A DNA stretch of 64,000 bases from an uncultured Bacilli bacterium (GCA_910585045.1 CAJUCD010000003.1:42779-106778), one strand, 5' to 3'; counted from the first letter of the stretch, positions 42,464-52,619 are shown. The notes: generated by a model not told the origin, from the sequence alone. Made by a program: numbers and translations.

Positions 42464-43829
42464 TAGTATTAATTTTAAAACGTTAGTTTATTTAGTAGCT
42501 TTTAGTGTTACGATATTACTTTTTTTAATATTTTCTCAAAGTATTTTATTAAAATATTCTTATGAAAGATATCAAACTGATAAGATTAAGAAAATTGTAA
42601 AGTCAGTACAGGATTATGATGCAGATGATATTTTTCATAATTTAGAAACGTTAGTTTATGATAATAGTGTATGTGCGCAATATATTTTTGATGGTGGAAA
42701 TAATATTTCTTATAATACTTTAATGGTTGGCTGTGGGCTTAATAAAAATAATACACAAATTGTTGAACTAATGAATAATATTATGTCTGATAATAAGGAT
42801 GTACAATATATAAAATTGATAAATAAAAAAACAGATACAAAAGCTATTTTAACTGGTATTAAGGTAGATAAAGGGTATTTATTTATATATTCTCCTTTAG
42901 AAGATTTAGCAGGGGCTAATATTGTTCTTAGAAGTCAAGTTATTTTTATTACTTGTATAGTAATAATTCTTGCTTGTTTTATATCTTATTTTTTATCTAA
43001 TAAAATTACAGACCCAATAATGAAAATTACTCGTAAGGCTAAGGAATTAGGTGAAGGAAATTATAATATTGAGTTTGATTCTAGTGATGTATTAGAAATT
43101 GATGAACTGGCTAATACTTTAAATCATGTAAGTAGAGATTTATCAAAGATAGATGAACTTAGACGAGACTTGATGGCTAATGTATCTCATGATTTAAAAA
43201 CTCCTTTAACTATGATTAGAGCTTATGCTGAAATGATAAGAGATATCTCTTATAAAGATAAAGTAAAAATGGATAAAGATTTAAGTGTTATAATAGAGGA
43301 AACAGAGAGACTAAATGTATTAGTTAATGATATTTTAGATTTGTCTAAGATGCAAGCGGATGCAGATAGTCTTAACATTGAGCAGTTTGATTTATGTGAG
43401 CTTATTAAGGAAGTTATGAGAAGATATGATATTTTAAAAACAACAGAAGATTATAATTTTATTATGGAACTTCCTGATAATGCTAAAGTTAGTGCAGATA
43501 AGCAAAAGATGATGCAAGTTATTTATAATTTAATTAATAATGCTATAAATTATACTGGTGATGATAAAAAGGTATTTATAAAAGTTAGTAAAGTTAAAAA
43601 AGAATATTTAGTGGAAATTAAAGATACTGGAAAAGGAATAAAAAAAGAAGAAATTCCATATATATGGGATAAATATTATAAAAAAGATAAGAAACATCAA
43701 AGAAATGTAGTTTCGACAGGAATTGGCTTATCGATTGTAAAAGAAATTCTTACTAAGCATAAATTTGATTATGGTGTAAAGAGTGTTCCTAAGAAAGGTA
43801 CAACATTTTATTTTAAAATTAAGAAGTAG
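42441..43829 (+). CDS. sensor histidine kinase (HAMP, HisKA, HATPase_c)
   Basis: H-box ANVSHDLKTPLTMI and N/G boxes (NLINNAINYT, DTGKGI, STGIGLSIV). The start is uncertain: TTG at 42441 or ATG at 42402. Both overlap the regulator gene. Confidence 0.8.
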   Translation: MKLKRKTNSINFKTLVYLVAFSVTILLFLIFSQSILLKYSYERYQTDKIKKIVKSVQDYDADDIFHNLETLVYDNSVCAQYIFDGGNNISYNTLMVGCGLNKNNTQIVELMNNIMSDNKDVQYIKLINKKTDTKAILTGIKVDKGYLFIYSPLEDLAGANIVLRSQVIFITCIVIILACFISYFLSNKITDPIMKITRKAKELGEGNYNIEFDSSDVLEIDELANTLNHVSRDLSKIDELRRDLMANVSHDLKTPLTMIRAYAEMIRDISYKDKVKMDKDLSVIIEETERLNVLVNDILDLSKMQADADSLNIEQFDLCELIKEVMRRYDILKTTEDYNFIMELPDNAKVSADKQKMMQVIYNLINNAINYTGDDKKVFIKVSKVKKEYLVEIKDTGKGIKKEEIPYIWDKYYKKDKKHQRNVVSTGIGLSIVKEILTKHKFDYGVKSVPKKGTTFYFKIKK

Positions 43830-43886
43830 TAATGTGTAAAGCTTTAAAGTTTCATATAAATAACACAATTTGCACACAATAGAGTG

Positions 43887-44215
43887 GTATACTTATAAAC
43901 ATGAAAGGAGAAGTGATATTTAATAGACATACACACTTTATAAACCTAAAATAAAGAAAAATAACATATAAACTCAAACTCACACTTTTTAAGAGAAGGA
44001 TATAATCTTCTCTTTTGTTTTTATTGTAAATCATAATAGTTTCACTATTAGTTCACAAATATTTCACATTGATAAAGTATACTTATAAACATGAGAGGAG
44101 AAGTGATATTCAATAGACATACACACTTTATAAACCTATACAAAAAAAATAACATATAAACTCAAACTCACACTTTTTAAGAGAAGGATATAGTCTTCTC
44201 TTTTGTTTTTGATTT
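43887..44215 (+). repeat. tandem direct duplication (2 copies, period about 191 bp, about 93 % identical), each copy ending in an intrinsic terminator
   Basis: Copy 1 tatacttataaacatgaaaggagaagtgatatttaatagacatacacactttataaacc...aagagaaggatataatcttctcttttg. Copy 2 is the same with a few substitutions. Terminator hairpins at 43991-44022 and 44179-44210. Confidence 0.7.
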
Positions 44216-44264
44216 TTTAAATTATTTGTGGTATTATTGTTTATAAAAGAAAGAAGTGTGGTTT

Positions 44265-45884
44265 ATGCAAACATTTATTTTTGGACATCGTAATCCTGAT
44301 ACTGATAGTGTTTGTTCAAGTATTGCTTTGTCTTATTTGATGAATGAAGATGGGGCTAATACAGTACCTAAAGTGTTAGGGCATTTGAATGCTGAAACAA
44401 AATTTGTTTTAGATTATTTTAAAGTAAAAACTCCTGATTATTTAAATGATACAAAAATTCAGATTAAAGATATAAAATATAATAAAAAAGCAGTTATAAA
44501 TGAAAGTAAATCTATTAATGATGCTTTTGCTTTAATGCAAAAAGAAAATGTTACTGCTTTACCAATAATTGATTTAAAAAAAGTATTAAAAGGTTTTGTT
44601 ACTTTAAAGGAAATAGCTAAATATTTGATTAGTGAAGAAAAGGATCTTGTTGATACAAGTTATGATAATGTTTTAAACAGTCTTGATGGTAGAGCTATTG
44701 TTAGAGCAAATGATGATGTTAAAGGTAAAATTTTGGTTGCTTCTTATAAAAGTAAGACTTTTTTTGAGGAAGTAACTCTAACTCATAATGATATTTTAAT
44801 TGTGGGTGATAGATATGGGATTATTGATTATGCTATTGATTCTAAGGTGAAATTGATTGTTCTTACTGGTAATCATGAAATTCCTAAGAAGCTTATTAAA
44901 AAAGCAGAAAAAAATGGTGTTAATATTATTGTTAGTAAGTATGATAGTTTTGAGAGTACTAATAAAGTAATGCTTAGTAATAAAGTTATTTCCATTAATA
45001 TTAATGTAAAACCTGTAACTATTAATTATAAAGCTTTTAGAACTGATTTTCTTAGTTTAGCTCAGAAATCTAATCACACTCATTATCCTGTTATTAATAA
45101 TAAAAATGAATGTTTAGGATTACTTAAAATAACTAGCGTTGATAATTTCCAAAAACAAAAAGTGGTTATGGTGGACCATAATAGTTTTGCTCAAAGTGCT
45201 ATTGGTATAGAAGAAGCGGAAGTTATTGAAATTATTGACCATCATAATTTAAGTGCTATTGGTACTAATGTGCCTATTAACTTTAGAAGTATGCCTGTTG
45301 GTTGTACTTGTACTATTATTTATAATATGTTTGTAGAAAAAAAGATTGCCATACCAAAATATATTGCAGGTTTAATGCTTAGTGCAATTTTGTCTGATAC
45401 TTTGGTTTTTAAATCGCCTACAACAACTAATGAAGATATTTTTGCAGCAAGTAAATTAGCAAAATTGGCTAAAATAGATATTGATAATTATGGATATCAA
45501 ATGTTTAAAGCTGCTTCAAGTGTAAAAGGTATTAGTGTTAATGATTTAATTAATCAAGATTTTAAGTCTTATAATGTGGGTAATTATCAAATTGGTATTA
45601 GTCAAGTTATGACTATGGATTTTAATGAAATTGAAGAAAAAATTGATGAATATATTGAGAGATTAAATGATATTAAAAATGGTAGTTATTTGTGTGTAGT
45701 TTTATTTATTACAGATGTTTATAAGAATGGCTCTTATGTAATTTATAATAATGATGCAGAGGATATTATTTTAGATGCATTTGATTTAAAAGATGTAAAA
45801 GAAGGTATTTATATTCCTGATTTAGTTTCAAGAAAGAAACAGATGCTTCCAGCTTTGTTAGAGGTAATAGAAAAGCGTGTATAG
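44265..45884 (+). CDS. ppaC: manganese-dependent inorganic pyrophosphatase, CBS-domain-containing family II (DHH, CBS pair, DHHA2)
   Basis: N-terminus IFGHRNPDTDSVCSSIA (DHH motif I); CBS region in the middle; DHHA2 C-terminus. Confidence 0.8.
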   Translation: MQTFIFGHRNPDTDSVCSSIALSYLMNEDGANTVPKVLGHLNAETKFVLDYFKVKTPDYLNDTKIQIKDIKYNKKAVINESKSINDAFALMQKENVTALPIIDLKKVLKGFVTLKEIAKYLISEEKDLVDTSYDNVLNSLDGRAIVRANDDVKGKILVASYKSKTFFEEVTLTHNDILIVGDRYGIIDYAIDSKVKLIVLTGNHEIPKKLIKKAEKNGVNIIVSKYDSFESTNKVMLSNKVISININVKPVTINYKAFRTDFLSLAQKSNHTHYPVINNKNECLGLLKITSVDNFQKQKVVMVDHNSFAQSAIGIEEAEVIEIIDHHNLSAIGTNVPINFRSMPVGCTCTIIYNMFVEKKIAIPKYIAGLMLSAILSDTLVFKSPTTTNEDIFAASKLAKLAKIDIDNYGYQMFKAASSVKGISVNDLINQDFKSYNVGNYQIGISQVMTMDFNEIEEKIDEYIERLNDIKNGSYLCVVLFITDVYKNGSYVIYNNDAEDIILDAFDLKDVKEGIYIPDLVSRKKQMLPALLEVIEKRV

Positions 45885-45924
45885 TTAATAAAAATTTTCA
45901 GAATATATATAAAGAGGTGGTTTA

Positions 45925-46677
45925 ATGTTAGCACTTATTACAGGAGCTTCTAGTGGTATGGGTAAAGATATGGCAAAAATATTAGCTGATAGAGGCTATG
46001 ATTTGATTTTGGTTGCTAGAAGACGAGATAGATTAGAAGATTTGGCTAATAGTTTAAGTGTTAATGTTAATATTGTAGACTTAGATTTAAGTATAGAAAA
46101 AAATGTATTTAAAATATATGAGAAATTTAAGGATAAAGATATAGATTTGCTAATTAATAATGCTGGGTTTGGCCTTTTTGGTGAGTTTGTAGCAACTGAT
46201 TTGAATACTGAATTAAAAATGATAGATGTTAATATAAAAGCTTATCATATTTTAACTAAGTTGTTTTTACAAGATTTTGTAAAAAAAGATAAAGGTTATA
46301 TTTTAAATGTTTGCTCTAGTGCTGGCTTTATGGCAGGACCAAGATTATCCACTTATTATGCTACTAAGAATTATATTACGAAACTTACTATGGCGATTAA
46401 TGAGGAATTAAGAGTAAAAAAGAGCAAAGTTGTAATAAGTGCTTTATGTCCAGGGCCTGTAGCAACTGAATTTAATAAAGTAGCTCATGGAACTTTTAGC
46501 ATTAGAGAAGCAGATTCTTTTAATGTCTCAAAATATGCTATAGATAAATTATTTAAGGGGAAAATGCTTATAGTACCAACATTTATGATGAAATTTACTT
46601 TATTTCTAAATAGATTTGCTCCTCATAGATTGTCTTTAATTATCGCACATAATATTCAAAAAAGAAAAAGTAGATAG
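45925..46677 (+). CDS. short-chain dehydrogenase/reductase (SDR)
   Basis: LITGASSGMGKD (TGxxxGxG) and the YATKNY catalytic Y-x3-K. Confidence 0.85.
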   Translation: MLALITGASSGMGKDMAKILADRGYDLILVARRRDRLEDLANSLSVNVNIVDLDLSIEKNVFKIYEKFKDKDIDLLINNAGFGLFGEFVATDLNTELKMIDVNIKAYHILTKLFLQDFVKKDKGYILNVCSSAGFMAGPRLSTYYATKNYITKLTMAINEELRVKKSKVVISALCPGPVATEFNKVAHGTFSIREADSFNVSKYAIDKLFKGKMLIVPTFMMKFTLFLNRFAPHRLSLIIAHNIQKRKSR

Positions 46678-46751
46678 TATGGCTGTTGACGCTAATTTGA
46701 CAATTCAGGGGATTTATGCTATAATAGTTCACAAGAAAAGGGGTTTTGATT

Positions 46752-47384
46752 ATGAATTATAGTTTTATTGCGTCTGATGGCGATATTGAAATGAATACTG
46801 TAAGGAATTTTATTAAAAATAGTTATAATACAGAGAATATTCCACTAGAATGGATGCTTCTTACAGCTTTTTATAAATGGGAAATTGTTAAAAATAGTGA
46901 ATTATCAAGTGTTTTTATTGAGTTTGTAAAAACTTTTTATCCAGATTATTATAAGTTTTTTGGTAATGGTCTTGATAGTAGTAAAATGGTTAGTCAAATG
47001 TGCTTTTTTGTGAATAATTGGTTTTTGAAAATGTATGCTTATGGAATGACTGGGGACATAGTTTTGGAAGATGGTAGTGTTTTAAAATCAACTCCAAGAG
47101 AACAAGAGCAAAGGAATAGAGCAATAGATTTTGGAGCAATTGTTTATGATTTCTTAGTACGATATCTTGGTTATGTAATAGTAAATAAAGATAATAAAAC
47201 AATTCTTAGTGTTAATGACGATACTGATGGTAGAATATTACCTTTACTTAATGATGGTTATGATTTATATAAAACTCAAGGTCTAGATTATATTAGAACT
47301 TCTGATAATCCTTTAGCTAGAAGAGAATTTGTTGCAGTAACTGAAAATAAAGCTGTATTACCAAAATCAAATATGTGTTTATAG
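46752..47384 (+). CDS. hypothetical protein
   Basis: ORF with RBS AAAGGGG; no domain recognised. Confidence 0.4.
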   Translation: MNYSFIASDGDIEMNTVRNFIKNSYNTENIPLEWMLLTAFYKWEIVKNSELSSVFIEFVKTFYPDYYKFFGNGLDSSKMVSQMCFFVNNWFLKMYAYGMTGDIVLEDGSVLKSTPREQEQRNRAIDFGAIVYDFLVRYLGYVIVNKDNKTILSVNDDTDGRILPLLNDGYDLYKTQGLDYIRTSDNPLARREFVAVTENKAVLPKSNMCL

Positions 47385-47473
47385 AGATTAATAATCTCTT
47401 TTTTTGTAAATATATTGTTAAGTATATGATAATGTTTATAAAATTTTCGTAAAATGGTTTACAATATTATTAG

Positions 47474-47758
47474 GTGATATCTATGTATTGTAAGAAGTGT
47501 GGGGCAGCTTTGCCTAGTAGAGGTTTTATTTGTAAGTCATGTGGAATGATGATGGATGTTAATCAGATTAAAGAACAAAAAAATTTTTTAAAAGAGAATA
47601 AGAGTAACATGGAAGTAAATTTGTTGTCTGATAAGTATAGTAGTGAACCTATAAATCGTGATTATAGTAAAATAAAAGAAAATAAATATTTAGGTGCTTT
47701 ACTAATCGTTTTAGTTGTTATAGTTTTGATAATAATAGCAATTTTAAAGGTTATGTAA
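47474..47758 (+). CDS. small zinc-ribbon protein with a C-terminal TM anchor
   Basis: CKKCGAALPSRGFICKSCG, plus a hydrophobic tail. Confidence 0.4.
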   Translation: MISMYCKKCGAALPSRGFICKSCGMMMDVNQIKEQKNFLKENKSNMEVNLLSDKYSSEPINRDYSKIKENKYLGALLIVLVVIVLIIIAILKVM

Positions 47759-47793
47759 ATTATTTTTATGAGCATAATATAAAAGGTGATATT

Positions 47794-48300
47794 ATGCTTT
47801 TTGTTTGTTTAGAAATCTTTTTAGCTAGAATAGTTGATGTTTCAATATCCACTTTTAGAACAATGATAATGGTAAGAAAAAGAAGTTTTGTTATTCCTAT
47901 ATTGGCTTTTTTTGAAGTTTTTGTATGGTTTATGGCAGCGAGAAAGGCTTTAAATACAGAAATAGATAGTTTAATGATTCCAATTTGTTATAGTTTAGGT
48001 TATGCTACTGGAACTTATATAGGTGGTCTTTTATCAAAAAGATTTATTAAAGATGTAAATAGTATTGAAGTTACAACTAAAAAAAACAATTATAAGTTAA
48101 TTGATACTCTAAGAAATGAAGGTTATGCAGTCTCTGTTCTAGCTTTAAAAGATAATTATAAAGATCAAAAAGATTTATTAATAATAAGTGTTAAAAGTAA
48201 AAATACTAATGAAGTTATTAAACTTATAAAAAATGTTGATAATAAAGCTTTTATTGTAGTAAAAGATACAAGATTAGTGCATAATGGGTATATAAAATAA
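47794..48300 (+). CDS. UPF0316/DUF2179-family membrane protein (YebE-like)
   Basis: N-terminus FLARIVDVSISTFRTMIMVRKRS resembles the B. subtilis YebE family; two TM helices plus a C-terminal soluble domain. Confidence 0.55.
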   Translation: MLFVCLEIFLARIVDVSISTFRTMIMVRKRSFVIPILAFFEVFVWFMAARKALNTEIDSLMIPICYSLGYATGTYIGGLLSKRFIKDVNSIEVTTKKNNYKLIDTLRNEGYAVSVLALKDNYKDQKDLLIISVKSKNTNEVIKLIKNVDNKAFIVVKDTRLVHNGYIK

Positions 48301-48340
48301 ACTTTTAATAACAATAATAGTGGTGATGCTTATGTACTAT

Positions 48341-48823
48341 ATTAATATATTTTTTATTTATTCTTTTTTAGGTTTTTTATTTGAAAGTATTTTTACGATG
48401 ATTATGGGTACTAATTTTAATAGTGGAATATTGTATGGTCCTTGGACATTTATTTATGCTTTTGGAATATTTGGTATTATGCTTTTTAATAAGTTTTTAA
48501 ATAAGTTTGATTTAAAAAAATGGTTAGAAGTTTTTATATTTTTTATTGGTTCAGCATTTATGATGTCTGTTATTGAATTAAGTGGCGGTTTTTTAATAGA
48601 AAAATTGTTTCATGTTGTATATTGGGATTATTCTTATATGACTTTTAATATAGGTAGTTATATTTGCTTGGAAGCAGCTTTATTTTGGGGTTTATTTGCA
48701 ACTTTAGTTAATTATTTTGTAGCACCAAAATTAGATAACTTGGCTAAAAAAGTTCCTGTTTATATTACAGTTATTTTCATGGCTTTATTTGTAGTTGATA
48801 TAGTGGCTACTATTATATATTAA
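48341..48823 (+). CDS. hypothetical polytopic membrane protein
   Basis: Four to five TM helices; no confident family. Confidence 0.4.
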   Translation: MNIFFIYSFLGFLFESIFTMIMGTNFNSGILYGPWTFIYAFGIFGIMLFNKFLNKFDLKKWLEVFIFFIGSAFMMSVIELSGGFLIEKLFHVVYWDYSYMTFNIGSYICLEAALFWGLFATLVNYFVAPKLDNLAKKVPVYITVIFMALFVVDIVATIIY

Positions 48824-48868
48824 AAAATAAAAACTTACAAACCAAATGGTATGTAAGTTGTTTTTAAA

Positions 48869-48942
48869 TGGAGGGGCCTACCGGATTTGAACCGGTGCTC
48901 AGGGAGTTGCAGTCCCTTGCCTTACCGCTTGGCTAAAGCCCC
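48869..48942 (-). tRNA. tRNA-Cys (anticodon GCA)
   Basis: Reverse complement GGGGCTTTAGCCAAGCGGTAAGGCAAGGGACTGCAACTCCCTGAGCACCGGTTCAAATCCGGTAGGCCCCTCCA: anticodon loop CTGCAAC, T-arm GGTTCAAATCC, 3' CCA. Confidence 0.85.
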
Positions 48943-49062
48943 ATTAATATATATTATGCAATCTTTCTTTGCAATATTATTGTATTATAATTCTTTAGAT
49001 TTGTCAATTAAGATATATTGATTTTTCAAGTTAGGTATTATATACTAATGTTAGTGATTGTT

Positions 49063-50454
49063 ATGAGAAGTAAATTGAGTGCAACTATAGGTGGAAAATG
49101 GCAAATTTTAGATTATAATTTAGATGGTGAATTAACATGTATTCCAGATACAGGCGAAATCACTTTAGTGATTCATTATGTTGATTATTTTCCCTTTAAA
49201 AAGTTTCAAAAATTTAATAAAGTTTCAGATATAAAAGAAATTTGGGGTGTTACCTCTTTTAGGCAAAAATGTGTACTTTTAGAATGTCAATTTATTAGTG
49301 ATTATTCTTTTAATGCCGATCATGAATTAACAATTAAAGCTAAATATTTAATATGGGATATGACTAAAGTAAAAGATGAAGAAATTAAATTTAATAAAAT
49401 GTCTTTTAGATTAACTAATAGTTTATTATGGTCGGGAATGCAATGTTATAATTCTTTTAAAAAAGATGATAAATATTTAATATCTTGTGATTTTGGTGAG
49501 AAAATAATTAAAAGTGATTTAAAAACAGAAATAAAGTTTTGTGCAACTATAAATAGCATTGATGGATTTATGCGAGCAGAAAAAATAGAGTTATATCAAT
49601 ATTTGGAAGTAATAATAAAGAAGAGTGAATTAACTCATTATACTGAGTTTTTAGAAGATATAAAGAAAGTGATAAATTTGATTAAATTAGCTACCAATGA
49701 AGAAGTTAATATTAATGAAATTTGTGGTTATAGAAATGATAAAACTTATGTGTGTGGAGATAAAAAGTATTATTATGAATTTTGTATGGTAACTAATGAG
49801 ATGCGAAATAATATTTTAAGTTATTGTGATGATACAAATTATTTATATAGTCTTCCTAATATGATAAGTGAAGGTAAAATAGAGGTATGGTTCAAAACAT
49901 ATAATGATTATAAAAATGTATATGAATTATATTTATTGTCTTATAAAGATGAAGTTTCCTCAGAGATTAGTTTTATTTATTTAGTTCAGGCTTTAGAACT
50001 TTTGCATCGAATTAAATTTAAAAATAAGAATAAGTTTATGAAATATTTAAAAAATAAATTGCAAGATAAGAAAGAGTTATGGGATAATATTAGAGAAAAT
50101 AGTGATCAAGAAGATTCTAGATATATAATTCTACGTAGTAGATTGATTGATATGATAGATTGTGATTTTGAAATTAAAAATGATTTTAAAGAAGAAACAA
50201 TTATAAAATTAGCAGATATAATTACTAATAGTAGAAATTATTATACACATTTTAGTGAATCTAAAAAAGAGAAATGTGTTAGAAAGAAAAGTCTTTCATA
50301 TGTTATGGAAATTTTAAGATATTTTATTAAATGTTATGCTCTAAAAGAATTAGGATTTGATATTAACTATATTAATGAGAAAACAGAATCAAGTTTGGAA
50401 TACATTAGATATTATAATATGATAGAAAAAATATTAAGTGAAAATGGAGATTAA
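49063..50454 (+). CDS. hypothetical protein (463 aa) with a C-terminal HEPN-like R-N-x-x-x-H motif
   Basis: ADIITNSRNYYTHFSE (R at 50233) fits the HEPN Rx4-6H signature, with a following aromatic. The N-terminal 380 aa are unrecognised. Stop is 2 nt before the start of the next gene. Confidence 0.5.
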   Translation: MRSKLSATIGGKWQILDYNLDGELTCIPDTGEITLVIHYVDYFPFKKFQKFNKVSDIKEIWGVTSFRQKCVLLECQFISDYSFNADHELTIKAKYLIWDMTKVKDEEIKFNKMSFRLTNSLLWSGMQCYNSFKKDDKYLISCDFGEKIIKSDLKTEIKFCATINSIDGFMRAEKIELYQYLEVIIKKSELTHYTEFLEDIKKVINLIKLATNEEVNINEICGYRNDKTYVCGDKKYYYEFCMVTNEMRNNILSYCDDTNYLYSLPNMISEGKIEVWFKTYNDYKNVYELYLLSYKDEVSSEISFIYLVQALELLHRIKFKNKNKFMKYLKNKLQDKKELWDNIRENSDQEDSRYIILRSRLIDMIDCDFEIKNDFKEETIIKLADIITNSRNYYTHFSESKKEKCVRKKSLSYVMEILRYFIKCYALKELGFDINYINEKTESSLEYIRYYNMIEKILSENGD

Positions 50455-50456
50455 TA

Positions 50457-51155
50457 ATGATAGAAGAAGTTAAAAGGTATACTTTAGAGTTTTTAGAAGA
50501 AGAAAAGTCTGGTCATGGTATGGATCATGCTTTAAGAGTTTTTGATTTAGCTTCAAAATTTGCATTAGTTGAAGGAGCAGATATACAAGTTGTAGGAATT
50601 GCAGCACTAATTCATGATGTTGATGATTATAAAATTGTGGGAGATGCTAAATCTTTAGATTTGCTGAATGCCAAAAAAATAATGGATAAAGCAGAAGTTC
50701 CTATGCAAATACAAGAAATGGTTTTAAATATTATTAAAAATATGGGTTATAAAAATTATTTAAAAGGTATTAGACCTAAAACGCTAGAAGGAATGATAGT
50801 TTCAGATGCGGATATGTGTGAAGCAATAGGTGCGCATGGAATAATACGATCAGTTGTGTATGCTGTTAGTGATAAAGGTTCAGGGGTTATTTTTGATAAA
50901 AATGTTTGGCCTAATGTTAATATGACTTTTGATGATTATAATAAAAATGGAACTACTTATGATACTGATAATGCTATTAATTATTGTTTTGAAAAAATGT
51001 TAAAGTTAAAAGATTTAATGTTATGTAAGAGTGGTAAATTTGAAGCAGAGAAGAGACATCAGTTTATTATTGATTTTTTAAAACAGTTTTTTATGGAAGA
51101 ACAAGAATTAGATTGGCTCAATTATTTAGATAATTATTTGGAAGAATTAAATTAG
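50457..51155 (+). CDS. HD-domain metal-dependent phosphohydrolase
   Basis: H...HD signature: GHGMDHALRV ... IAALIHDVDDYK ... D. Confidence 0.75.
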   Translation: MIEEVKRYTLEFLEEEKSGHGMDHALRVFDLASKFALVEGADIQVVGIAALIHDVDDYKIVGDAKSLDLLNAKKIMDKAEVPMQIQEMVLNIIKNMGYKNYLKGIRPKTLEGMIVSDADMCEAIGAHGIIRSVVYAVSDKGSGVIFDKNVWPNVNMTFDDYNKNGTTYDTDNAINYCFEKMLKLKDLMLCKSGKFEAEKRHQFIIDFLKQFFMEEQELDWLNYLDNYLEELN

Positions 51156-51213
51156 TTATGCAAAAAATGTATAACTTTTTTTTATGTACTCATAATAAGA
51201 ATGGAGGTCTATT

Positions 51214-51651
51214 ATGAATAAGGATGAATATCAAAAGCTAGTAAAAAAATATGAGCCAAGAGAAGATAAACTTCATAATACTATTTATGCTTTTCTAATT
51301 GGGGGAACTGTAGGTTTTATTGTAGAAGGTTTAATTGTAGTATTGATGAATTTATATAATCTTAGTCGAGTTGTAGCAAGTACTTGGACTTGCTTAGTTG
51401 TAATATTTATGGCTTCTTTATTTACAGCACTTAATTTTTTTGATAATTGGATGACAAAAGCCAAGGCAGGGTTATTACTACCAACTACAGGTTTTGCTCA
51501 TTCTGTTACTAGTAGTGCACTTGATTATAAAAAAGAGGGTTTAATAACAGGACTAGGTTCAAATTTCTTTAAATTAGCTGGAAGTGTAATTTTATATGGA
51601 ATTTTAGCGGCATTTGTAATGGTGATTGTGAAGGTGATAATTCATGGCTAG
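51214..51651 (+). CDS. spoVAC: stage V sporulation protein AC
   Basis: 145-aa four-TM protein (AFLIGGTVGFIVEG ... GFAHSVTSSALDY), immediately upstream of a spoVAD-like gene. Confidence 0.65.
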   Translation: MNKDEYQKLVKKYEPREDKLHNTIYAFLIGGTVGFIVEGLIVVLMNLYNLSRVVASTWTCLVVIFMASLFTALNFFDNWMTKAKAGLLLPTTGFAHSVTSSALDYKKEGLITGLGSNFFKLAGSVILYGILAAFVMVIVKVIIHG

Positions 51652-52618
51652 TAAAAGATTTAATAATGTGTATATTAAAGATAATTTTTCAGTAGTAGGT
51701 CCATTAGAAAAAGATGGTTTACTTAAAAATTATGATTTAGTTATGGATGATTATTATTATGGCGAAAAAACTTTTGAACAAGCAGAAATAAAAATGCAAA
51801 AAGTTGTAGTAGATAATTTGCTTGCACATAATAAGTTGACTGATAGTAAAATCGATGCTTTAATAGGTGGAGATTTAGTAAACCAAATAAGTATTTCTAG
51901 TTATAATGCTGCTAAATATAGAATACCTTATTTGGGTGTTTATAGCGCTTGTGCAAGTTATGCTGAAGAATTAATTATTGGAGCAGCATTAATAAGTGGA
52001 AAATTAGCTAAAAATATAGTTTGTGTTACTAGTAGTCATAACTTAAATGCGGAACGTCAATTTAGATATCCAGTAGAGTATGGAGCTGTAAAAAAACATA
52101 CGACAACGTTTACTACTACTGCAGCTATAGCAACTTTACTTACTAGTGATATGACAAGTATTAAACTTGAAAGTGCAACTATTGGTAAAGTTATTGATAT
52201 GGGAGTAAAAGATACAAATAATATGGGAGCGGTAATGGCTCCAGCAGCTGCAGATGTGCTTAATACTCATTTGTTGGAAATGAAAAGAAATATTAATTAT
52301 TATGATATTATTTTAACTGGGGATTTAGGTAGAGTAGGAAAAGAAATATTTACAGAAATGTTAGATAAAGTATATAATTTAAGAATAAAAAAATATATGG
52401 ATGCAGGTTGTGAGATTTATACTAATAATCAAGAAACATATGCAGGAGCAAGTGGACCTGTTGCGTTACCATTAGTTTTATTTGAAAAAGTACTATCTTG
52501 TAAAAAATATAAGAAAATATTAGTTATTGCTACAGGTTCATTACAATCAGTTCAACTAGCTAATCAAAAGTTAGGTATACCTGGTATAGCACATGCAATA
52601 AGTTTGGAGGTTATGTAA
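51644..52618 (+). CDS. spoVAD: stage V sporulation protein AD (thiolase/KAS-III-like fold)
   Basis: About 324 aa; N-terminus ...FNNVYIKDNFSVVGPLEKDG... and the GVYSACAS active-site-like Cys region typical of SpoVAD. Confidence 0.7.
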   Translation: MASKRFNNVYIKDNFSVVGPLEKDGLLKNYDLVMDDYYYGEKTFEQAEIKMQKVVVDNLLAHNKLTDSKIDALIGGDLVNQISISSYNAAKYRIPYLGVYSACASYAEELIIGAALISGKLAKNIVCVTSSHNLNAERQFRYPVEYGAVKKHTTTFTTTAAIATLLTSDMTSIKLESATIGKVIDMGVKDTNNMGAVMAPAAADVLNTHLLEMKRNINYYDIILTGDLGRVGKEIFTEMLDKVYNLRIKKYMDAGCEIYTNNQETYAGASGPVALPLVLFEKVLSCKKYKKILVIATGSLQSVQLANQKLGIPGIAHAISLEVM

Positions 52619-52619
52619 T

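Noticed and set aside
43887-44215. Possible CRISPR or minisatellite
   Set aside because: Only two copies of a 191-bp unit, far longer than CRISPR repeats. The structure fits a duplicated leader/terminator element, reported as a finding instead.
50233-50250. Treating the RNYYTH motif alone as proof of a HEPN RNase
   Set aside because: A six-residue motif can occur by chance. It is kept as a hypothesis (finding) but not asserted as an annotated function.
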